Origin: Neophaeotheca triangularis
Taxonomy: Eukaryota
Assembly: GCA_054600435.1 (NCBI GenBank)
Contig: BAAIJX010000044.1
Location: 62,001-126,000, forward strand
Direction: 5' to 3'
Length of the DNA: 64,000 bases
Shown here in pieces: positions 37,667 to 46,749 of this stretch. Every line of letters begins with the position of its first letter. Position 1 is the first letter of the stretch. The position numbers and the translations under genes were made by a program. The notes below the pieces were generated by a model, which saw only the letters and a program-made list of their open reading frames with translations, ran no database searches and was not told where the DNA came from.

Positions 37667-39326
37667 GGTGGGGCAGAGACGCTTCGTTGCTTGGAAGTGA
37701 GTCGAGTGTGGTAGATCCCGTACGCGAGATAGATACAGCAGAGCTCTTTTGAGAGGAAAGTCTCGCCGCGATGAAGTGATCGGTTGCGTTCTTCAACGAG
37801 ACGAGACGAGACGGGTCTCAGGGCTGCGTATAGCTAACCTTATACTCCCAGCCTTGTACAAGTACTTCGATGTCTCTGACCGGTGCCAGCACCACCAGAA
37901 CCACCAGAACCGCCAGCATCCTGGGGTGCTGTCACGTCGACTCAGCCACGCTCGCTACAGCACTGGGCGCGCTAATGCATGCATGCTGTATATATGCAGG
38001 GCAGCACCACCAGCACCATCCGGGTATCTAGGTACCGATTGCGCATCTCTAACTTACTCGAGAGCGCATTCATCAAAAAAATTTCGCCGAGGTAAAAGGT
38101 CCTAGACGTAGTCCTTTTGACCTATCGATCAATGCAGTCGATGTCACGGTATTGGCGAACACGACCTCATCGGTGTCTTGCTGCTGTTGGCCTGTCCCAA
38201 GGGTGGATACCCCTTGCACCATATCGCACACTGTTAATTAGTGGTTGTGGTCAATCGCTGCCTTTCTAGCCGGACGCATTCTCCTACGAGATTAGTCTCC
38301 TCTCAACGAAGGTCGAGGATTGTTATGGTGATAGTTGCTTAGCGGTCTCATGGCATCGTTTCACCCCTGAACACGAAGCAGCGAGAACCAGCAATGGCGT
38401 CTTGTACTGAAAGTTTGTACTCAAGAGATCTTGCAAAAAAGTGGCAGTCCTGGGGCTTGTCAATCGTCGTATCGCGCTCATACACCCCTGTCCGATTCGC
38501 TTCCTGCAACTATTCGTCAAAACCAATAAGAGAACCGTTCAAACGTCTCCAAACGATTGTTTTCGACACCACACCGCCGTTTGAGATGCCAAGCGGAGGT
38601 GCTCAGGGGTGGACTCAGCCCGCCTCACTCCCAATCCCGCCTCGCCTCCAGTACACTGTAGTATCACCGGCGCCTTAGCTGGCATCACGGTCGAGACAAA
38701 ACATCCCACAGCCAAACGCACTCCGAAAAATGCTAACGAATCAACAGACAGCTAGAAGAATCCAAGAACGGCCAAGACCTCGAAAACCTTCCATGGACAC
38801 CTTCAAAGAAGCAGGTCACCTGCGTTGCCAGGAATTCAAAGCAGACAAAGCAGGATAGCAAGGAGACCGAAAATCTTTCCCTTCCTATATACAGCAGCCC
38901 CCTGAGCCCGACTCCCGGGTCGCTATCCGGGTATCCCCTTGGGTGATAGGTGCACTGCCGCCCGGAGCCAGCGGCACCAGCACCGAAGGTCAAGGCGCCA
39001 ATGGTGATTGGAAAGAACTTATGATAGTCAGTCAAGACATCAACCAATGCTAGGACGGGCCGCTAGGAAGGAGCGGCCCCTTATCTCCAGTTTCCAATGT
39101 GATTCGACATTAAGCAAAAGTCTCTCCCACCCCAGCAAAAGCGCACGAGTCGCAGCGATTGCGTCCCGTACAACACAACAACCGTACCCCCTTTCCAAAA
39201 CCGGCGTCCAAAAAAAAAAAAAACCCCCCCTCGAGGAAGCTAACAGCGACCTCACCGGCGAGAAAACCCCTCCCCATCTCTTGTCAAAAAAAAAAAAAAA
39301 GAAAAGGGAAAAACTTCCCAACCGTA

Positions 39327-39767
39327 TCGACCGCGCAGACCTACGCTCCAACCCCGACCCCCCCTCTCCGCCGTCCTGGCCAATATCCACGTCAACCGCC
39401 GTCGTCGATGGAGACGCTAGGCGAGCTGAATTTAGTCGACCGCGAAGACCTACGTTCCAATCCCGACCCCCCCTCCCCGCGGTACTGGCCTGGGCCAATA
39501 TCCACGTCGACCGCCGTCGTCGATGGAGACGCTAGGCGAGCTGAATTTAATCGACCGCGAAGACCTACGCTCTAATCCCGACCCCCCCTCTCCGCCCTCC
39601 TAGCCAATATCTCCGCCGACCGCCGTCGTCGATGGAGACGCTAGGCGAGCTGAATTTAATCGACCGCGAAGACCTACGCTCCAATCCCGACCCCCCCTCC
39701 CCGCCGTACTGGCCTAGGCCAATATCCACGTCGACCGCCGTCGTTAATGGAGACGCTAGGCGAGCCG
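39327..39767. repeat. Four-copy ~110-bp GC-rich tandem repeat with ABAB organisation
   Basis: Units begin TCGACCGCG at 39327, 39436, 39551 and 39660 and share GACCTACG, GCCAATATC and GGAGACGCTAGGCGAGC. Confidence 0.92.
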
Positions 39768-40019
39768 AGGGCCCTAGTTTTACCAAACACAAGGAAAGAG
39801 GGTCTGGGACAGCCGAGGATGATGTGAGGAAAGGCAAGCAAGCTGGCTACCAAGTTTGTAACCAGACGAAAAGGGTGAAGAATCAGGAGGAGCGGGTTTT
39901 TTCCGTCCAGCGTTTCTTGGTCGGTTGTCGGAGCCAGATGCTGCAGTTCCCGAATTTAGTCTCGTACAGATAGTGGCACTCATTCGATTGACCTGCCGCG
40001 CTCCTAGGGGTCGAAAGTG

Positions 40020-40800
40020 AGTTAGAGAAAGAGATAGGGAGTAAAAGAATCGACCTCGCCCTCTATCTTCCTAGGCCTCTCTTCCTAAAATCATTATGAG
40101 AGATACTTATAGCTTAAAAGCTATGAGTAAGCGGCTAGATGAAAGTAAGTTATACTAGAGACGGGGAGTAAAAGAATCGAGCTCGCCTATTAGACAGTCT
40201 TCCTACGTCTCTCTTCCTAAATTAATCGTAAGAGATACCTATAGCTTAAAAGCCGCGAGTAGGGAGCCGGATGGAAGTAAATTGTACTAAGAGACGGGGA
40301 GCAAAAAAATCGAGCTCGCCCTTTTATCTCCCTACGTCTCTCTTCCTACGTCTCTCTTCCTACGTCTCTCTTCCTACGTCTCTCTTCCTATATCTCTCTT
40401 CCTATATCTCTCTTCCTACGTCTCTCTTCCTACGTCTCTCTTCCTACGTCTCTCTTCCTAGATCTCTCTTCCTACGTCTCTCTTCCTACGTCTCTCTTCC
40501 TACGTCTCTATTCCTACATCTCTCTTCCTACGTCTCTCTTCCTACGTCTCCCTTCCTACGTCTCTCTTCCTACGTCTCCCTTCCTACGTCTCTCTTCCTA
40601 CGTCTCTCTTCCCCTATCTCTCTTCCTAAAATCAACTATAAGAAATGCCTATAGCTTAAAAGCCGCAAGTAAAGAGCCGGATAAAAGTAAGCTAGAGAAA
40701 GAAACGGGGAGTAAAAGAATCGTCTTCCCAGGCCTCTCTTTCTAAAATCATAATAAGAGATGCTTACTGCTCGAGAGCCGCAAGTAAGGAGCCGTATAAA
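40020..40800. repeat. Four diverged ~125-130-bp repeats, the third containing an expanded (CTACGTCTCTCTTCC)n 15-mer array
   Basis: GGGAGTAAAAGAATCG...CTCTCTTCCTAAA...TATAGCTTAAAAGC-type blocks recur near 40037, 40163, 40298 and 40707; the 15-mer array spans about 40330-40628. Confidence 0.9.
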
Positions 40801-41143
40801 CCAATCCTTGTTCATTCATTCCAAGCGAGGGAAATCCGGCTCAAGCCGAGGAAACAAGGCGTCGGAAAAAATGGATTTTCATATACCATGGAGCAAGGGC
40901 TCGCTGACAAAGAGCGGCCCGCAGTCGCGCGAGTCGAAGGCCGCACAATCGTCAGCATTCGCACCCACAGCACGTCCTCGACATCTGAGCCAGATATATC
41001 CGCCCCCCGAGCCCCCCGTTTCCAGCTCTAACGGACTCACGTCTTCGCGTGTCTGAGAACCCCCGGCCCCAGTCGAGCCGGCACTTGGTCGTTCCCAATC
41101 TCACCGGAAGCCTCCATCATCTCCTATCGCCCCTCATCCCCTA

Positions 41144-42712
41144 TCACGCGACTTCCTCGACCAACCTCGCCTTCCCCTCACCAACACCCGCACCAGCAAT
41201 CTCATCCACTTTACCATTCCCACCAACATCCCTCCCTCCTCTAAAAACGTCCCCCACCGGCCTTCCATCCTCCAACCACTCAGCAGGAACACCCAACCGA
41301 CTGCCCCTAGCGGAATGGACCCACCTAACAAAACCTGGGTCCACCGCCTCGATTCCCGCATCCTCGTCACCATCCTCACCCTCATCGCCCTCAAGCCCAG
41401 CACCAACACCACCTTCGCCCTCACCATTAGCGAGAATCTCCCTCGCAAGGCCGCTCTTCCTGCCCTTGCTTTTGGCTGCCTTTTTGCTCTCAGCTTTCAG
41501 CGCCTCCTTGCCCACGGGTTTCCGTTGGAGGAGTTTGTTAATCGTCCCGACCTTCTCCTCCTCCAAGCGGGCTTCGGAGAGATTCTTCCTTCTTCGAGCC
41601 ATTTCCGCGCGGCGCATGGCATGTTCTTCTTGAGACAGGATTTTCTTCTTTTGGGCTTCGTTGGACAGACTCATGAGACCGGTGGAAGAAGTGGCGATGG
41701 GATTTGGAGGGAGATCGGGGTCGAGAGTTTGGTTGGAAGAGGGGGCGGGTGAGTGCGAAGTGTAAGCTAAACGCTGTCGGCGGGTGAGTTTGGAAAGGTC
41801 TGGAGTTTGGGAGCGTGAGGAGGGGGAAGCTGGGGCGGAGGCGGAGATGTCGATGTCACTGCTGGAGAGGTCGTCTTCTTCGTCTGCCGTGGGGGCGGTT
41901 GTGAGGACGGATTGGTTGAGAGTGGTTTCGTCTTCGTCTTCGTCTTCGCCTTCTGCGTCTTCGGAGGAGGAAGAGGATGATTCGTTTTGTTCGTCGGAGA
42001 GTTCCGAGAGGTCTTCGTCGGAGGTGGAGGCGTTGTTTTTGGCCGTAGCAATTTCTTTCCTCTCTACACCTTTGAGTGTACCCTCGTTTGGCGGCGCGGT
42101 GACTATGAGGTTCGGTTTTGCGGTGTTTCCTGCAGCTTGTGGGATCTCTTTGATGACGGGTGGAGGTGGATGGCCCGCAACACCTTCGTCTTCACTCCCG
42201 GCGTCGCGCATGCTGACGTCTCTGTCGCTGTCGTCTATATCCCCCACTTCATCGTCTTCGTCTTCTGCCATGGCATCAATGTCGTCGCTGTCTGGATCAA
42301 CGACTGCGCGGGGGTTGCGCGTGGTTCTGCTGGTTCGTGTTGTGGAAGACTTGGGGTAGCTGGTAGTGGACGCGTACGGGTTGGGGGGAATTCCACCATT
42401 CTTGGCTTGTCTGGTGTTGTTTCTGCTAGAAGGAGGAGGGGGTATGTCGGCGCCTGAGGTTGCTTGGCGTAGTTTAGATGGTGGGGCTTTTACTGTGAGT
42501 CGAAGTCCAGTTTTGGATGTGTTGGAGGTGGACGAGGCTGTAGGAGCGCGTGATACCGAAGCGCTGCTGGTGGTGGGGGCTTTGCTGGTGGAGATGGAGG
42601 GGGTTGAGGTTCTGTTGGTAGAGGTTGGTGAGTGATTGGTTGAGATTGGTGGTGCTGGGTAAGGAGATTGAGAGGGCGTGTTTGTGCGAGCGGAGCGACG
42701 AGTGGGTGGCAT
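41144..42712 (-). CDS. IES2: INO80 complex subunit Ies2 (PAPA-1 domain)
   Basis: LRLTVKAPPSKLRQATS, TPDLSKLTRRQR, LMSLSNEAQKKK, EEHAMRRAEMARRRKNLSEARLEEEK.TINKLL and FVRWV...RLGVPAEWL; the start is uncertain (see finding on the upstream exon). Confidence 0.9.
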   Translation of the reverse strand: MPPTRRSARTNTPSQSPYPAPPISTNHSPTSTNRTSTPSISTSKAPTTSSASVSRAPTASSTSNTSKTGLRLTVKAPPSKLRQATSGADIPPPPSSRNNTRQAKNGGIPPNPYASTTSYPKSSTTRTSRTTRNPRAVVDPDSDDIDAMAEDEDDEVGDIDDSDRDVSMRDAGSEDEGVAGHPPPPVIKEIPQAAGNTAKPNLIVTAPPNEGTLKGVERKEIATAKNNASTSDEDLSELSDEQNESSSSSSEDAEGEDEDEDETTLNQSVLTTAPTADEEDDLSSSDIDISASAPASPSSRSQTPDLSKLTRRQRLAYTSHSPAPSSNQTLDPDLPPNPIATSSTGLMSLSNEAQKKKILSQEEHAMRRAEMARRRKNLSEARLEEEKVGTINKLLQRKPVGKEALKAESKKAAKSKGRKSGLAREILANGEGEGGVGAGLEGDEGEDGDEDAGIEAVDPGFVRWVHSARGSRLGVPAEWLEDGRPVGDVFRGGRDVGGNGKVDEIAGAGVGEGKARLVEEVA

Positions 42713-42778
42713 GGTGGTAGTGGTAGTGGTGGTGATAAGTAAGGGATGTGGTGAGGATATTTCCGGATGTGTGTACAC

Positions 42779-42810
<32 letters not shown>

Positions 42811-42885
42811 AGTAGGTAGGTGGGTTGCAGGCAGCAGTGGGCAAATCAGGAATGCTGACAGTCGACCTCACTGCCACTTCCCATT

Positions 42886-42927
<42 letters not shown>

Positions 42928-43338
42928 CAGCTTCAGGTAGATTGGATGCCTGCTTCCTCCATCTTGGCAGCCAAACGTGGCACCTGCCTGCCTTCCTTCC
43001 AATGTCTTCAAGTCGTACCTGCATCATCATCATCATCATCATCATCACACCACCACACCAGGGCATACCTAGGTAGATACCTGACCACCTCACGTGCACA
43101 AACATCCAATCCATCCATTGTGTATAAGGTATAGGTACGGTATGTGACGAATCAGAACAAGGTTTAAATGGGTGACATACCTCACAACGGGCGCAGGAGG
43201 AATGAAGGTCGGGATAGAAGAGGCCGGCGCTCGAGGGGCGGCATTACTTGTACTTTTACTGGTACTGCCTGGAGGAGGAGGGGGAGGTGTGGCAGCCCCG
43301 GAATCAGATTTGAAGCGCTTGGGTGATGGGTCCATCTT

Positions 43339-43381
43339 GGTGGTAGTAGTAGTAGTAGTAGTAGTTGTTGTAGTAGTAGTG

Positions 43382-43421
<40 letters not shown>
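43339..43421. repeat. (GTA)n trinucleotide microsatellite
   Basis: About 27 GTA/GTG/GTT triplets directly visible. Confidence 0.95.
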
Positions 43422-43751
43422 GTATTTAGTAGTGCCCTTACTCGGTGCCTGATGTCGTCTCTTGCTTGCTTGTGTGGACCGTGGACCTTTCATCCAACGG
43501 AGATCGGGACGGGACGGGATTGAGCCTCGAATGCCAAGACGTGGTTGACTGACTGTGGGGGCGGATACTGCCGTGCCGAGGTACTTTACTCCCTCTGGGG
43601 CAGGTATTCCAGACGACATCGGAGCGAGCGAGCTACGGGAGTGAGATGAGCTTCATGGCTTCCTATTGCGGCTGACCTTATCAACGACTACCTACTGTAC
43701 TACCACTCTCACATCTAGCCTCGGAACGCTCTCGACATATCAACCGCAGTC

Positions 43752-45077
43752 ATGGCCGATAACGACCCCAAACCTTCCATTCCAGCATGGCAAAGAGCAG
43801 GAGCCCAACCAACGCAACCGTCACCGTCATCACCACCACCGCCGCCGCTACCATCAACCGACAAACCCGTCGAGACCCTCGAAGCAGCCACAGCACCAGT
43901 GGAAGAAAACCCATTGCACAGCGAAATAACAGAGCCAACCACATCCACCGCATTGACAGCACCACCACCACCCTCGCAATCCCTCACCCTCAACCCCTCC
44001 GAGTTCACAGCCTTCACCACAACCCACCACCCCCAACAAGCACAATCACAATCAGCTCCTCAACAACCAACTCCCCGGCAAGCCCCAGCCCCAATAATAA
44101 CCTACCCCGAATTCCTCTCCCGCGCCCATGAACCCTCACCCTTAATAACGACCTCCCGCCTCCTCAACGCAACCTACGCGACCGCAGGTCTAGCCGCCCT
44201 ATGCTACGGTTTCGGAACCTATCTTCTACAACCCATGCACGCTCAACTCACGCATTCGCGACAAGAGCTTCAGGTCCATACTCGTGACAGAATGGGGGAA
44301 TTGAACGAGCGATTGGAGAAGTTGGTTGGGGAGGACGGGGTGCGGGAGGTGAGGAAGAAGCGAGGAGTGGTGAAAGCTAGTAGTGAGGTTAGACAGAAAT
44401 CAGCGGAAGAGGATGAGGATGAGGACGAAGATGATGATGTCAGCTCCGCAGCAGACGACCCTACCGAGCTCTTCCACCGCGACATGGGCACGCAAACAAC
44501 TTCCCCGCTACCCTCGCCCGAGCCCTCGGCTCTCAAAAGCACGAGCAAAAGCACAGACTGGCGTGGCAACCCCATCGTCGACGGCGAAGCAAAACCGCAA
44601 ACCCCCGCCGACCGGCAAGAAACCCAACTCCAAATCCTGCACTCGCACCTTCAAGACTTACTACCCAAATCCGCTTCTTCCTCCAGCGACACAACCAACC
44701 TCAGCGCCGCTAACCCCACTGCCACCATGTCTCCAACCGACCCTCAAGACCAACTCTCCCGTCTGCGAACTCTAACAGAAACCCTCCTCTACTCCTCGCA
44801 CCCCTACGCCTACTCCACGGAAACCGGATCATTCGCCTCGGCCGTTAATCAAGCTAATCAAGCCAGTTGGACGAGTTATAACGGCAACGAAAACGTCTGG
44901 ACCAACACAAACGCCAGTGGCAGCAGCAGTGGCGTCAATGCCAGTGGCAAAAAGGAAGAGCAACGCAGGGATGAGATTGAGAATCTGCGCAAGGAGATTA
45001 GGAGTGTCAAGGGGGTATTGTTGAGCGCTAAGAGGTTCCCTGGGGCTAGCGGTCGGCCGATTGGGGCGGGTGTGTGA
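43752..45077 (+). CDS. PEX33: Peroxin Pex14/17 (Pex33)-like protein
   Basis: SIPAWQR, PIITYPEFL, TM segment, PM..QLT.SR.EL coiled coil, DPTELFHRDMGTQT and C-terminal KEIRSVKGVLLSAKRFP are characteristic of the filamentous-fungal Pex14/17 family. Confidence 0.8.
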   Translation: MADNDPKPSIPAWQRAGAQPTQPSPSSPPPPPLPSTDKPVETLEAATAPVEENPLHSEITEPTTSTALTAPPPPSQSLTLNPSEFTAFTTTHHPQQAQSQSAPQQPTPRQAPAPIITYPEFLSRAHEPSPLITTSRLLNATYATAGLAALCYGFGTYLLQPMHAQLTHSRQELQVHTRDRMGELNERLEKLVGEDGVREVRKKRGVVKASSEVRQKSAEEDEDEDEDDDVSSAADDPTELFHRDMGTQTTSPLPSPEPSALKSTSKSTDWRGNPIVDGEAKPQTPADRQETQLQILHSHLQDLLPKSASSSSDTTNLSAANPTATMSPTDPQDQLSRLRTLTETLLYSSHPYAYSTETGSFASAVNQANQASWTSYNGNENVWTNTNASGSSSGVNASGKKEEQRRDEIENLRKEIRSVKGVLLSAKRFPGASGRPIGAGV

Positions 45078-45418
45078 AGGAAAGTCTCGGCATAGTCCAT
45101 CCTCATGGCGCTGCGTCGAGGAAACGCCGTCTCCGCTACTAAGGTCAGCTAGACAGGTACCTAACAGACGCCACGTCTTCTTTTCCAATCACCGCCCAAT
45201 TCCAAAGTAATTTCAGATCCCATGAGCTAGGGGGAGAAGAAGACAGATTTATGTGCTGATGCGGATGACGCAAAGTTCACTAACATAGTCCCCTCCAACC
45301 CCGTCTAGAGCCCGTAAAAACACATTCAGCGACCTCCCCCATCCAACAACCGCTCCTCAACTTGCGAGCAGGACCCGTAAGCTACTCCCCGTTAATTAAT
45401 CGCCCACACCCCTTTTTG

Positions 45419-46020
45419 GCCCATCGGCAACTTCTCCCATCAGCCACTTCTCCCATCGGCAACTTCTCCCATCAATCGACCCACGAACCCCGCTCATCAC
45501 CAAGCCATCGTAGCAGTCCGGCCATCGTAGCAGCTAAGCCATCGTACCAGCTCAGCTATCGTACCAGCCTAGCCCAGTCCAGTCCAGCCATCGTACCAGC
45601 CCAGCCATCGTACCAGCTCAGCCATCGTACCAGCCCAGCCATCGTAGCAGCTCAGCCATCGTAGCAGCCCAGTCCCGCCCAGCCATCGTACCAGCCCAGC
45701 CATCGTAGCAGCTCAGCCATCGTACCAGCTCAGCCATCGTACCAGCTCAGCCATCGTACCCGCCCAGCCAACGTACCAACCCAGCCCAGCCCAGTTCATC
45801 CCAGTGCTCACAACCCAGTGCTCACAACCCAGCGCTCACAATCCAGCCCAGCGCTCACAATCCAGCCCGGTGCTCACAACCCAGCCCAGCGCTCACAGTC
45901 TAGCCTAGTGCTCACAGTCCAGCCCATCCCAGTCCAGCCCAGCCATCGTAGCAGCTCAGCCCAGCCCAGTTCATCCCGGTGCTCACAACCCAGTGCTCAC
46001 AATCCAGCCCAGTGCTAACA
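45419..46020. repeat. Composite minisatellite: 16-mer CCCATCGGCAACTTCT, ~17-mer CAGCCATCGTACCAGCT and CCAGTGCTCACAA-type units
   Basis: Directly visible consecutive arrays. Confidence 0.92.
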
Positions 46021-46207
46021 ACCCACCCAACCGCCACAGCGAAAACACTCCCCCAACTCTCGTCCTACTCCTGTATCCAGCGAGTTCCCCACCGCGAAGC
46101 AAAAGCCCAGCGTCCTGCTATGATGGTGTGGCATGTACGCCAGACTAACTAAGGTAAAGTCCGTTTGACGTAGCCTGCTCTTTCTTTTTTTTTTCTTTTT
46201 TCGGCTA

Positions 46208-46350
46208 CAGCTGGCTTTTCACGATTATAGCTGGCTTTTCACGTTTATAGCTGGGTTCTTACACCTTCAACTGGCTTTTCACGTTTATAGCTGGCTTTTC
46301 ACGTTTACACCTGGCTTTTCACATTTCCAGCTGGCTACACCTGGCTTTTT
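46208..46350. repeat. 20-bp tandem repeat (AGCTGGCTTTTCACGTTTAT), about 6-7 copies
   Basis: CTGGCTTTTCAC core recurs at 20-nt spacing. Confidence 0.9.
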
Positions 46351-46396
46351 CGCCCGGTGCTAGCAGTGGTTTCGGCGCTCTTGAGGTGGGTGGGTA

Positions 46397-46432
<36 letters not shown>

Positions 46433-46749
46433 AGTTTCAGTTAAAAGCCGGAAGCCAGAAGCCGGAAGGTGAGGGGGAGTCGCGTTGCTGCTGAGGACTG
46501 TGGCTGTTGGCGGAGGATGGGGTCTGAGGGAATTTGGCCTTGCCTCCAGGATGCCTTGGGTATACTGGTTCTGGGGTTTTTCCCCCGGGGGGGGGGGGTA
46601 GTCTTGACCGAGCTGAGGCGGAGACGGAGATGGAGTTTTGGAGCGGAGGATGTGAGGGGGGATAACATCGGGTGCGTCTACTCCCTTCCCTTGATGGAGC
46701 TGGAGCTGGAGCTGAATACCTTTGTCTGCGACTGGCAATTCTCGGGGTT

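Noticed and set aside
38733..39047. Small secreted Cys-containing protein (KFFPITIGALTFGAGAAG...)
   Set aside because: No in-frame ATG before the signal-like segment and no supporting intron
39327..39767. CRISPR-like array
   Set aside because: Whole units are repeated with no unique spacers, there are no cas genes, and the DNA is eukaryotic
40271..40654. 127-aa ORF with LPTSLFLRLSSYVS repeats
   Set aside because: Translation of the 15-mer array
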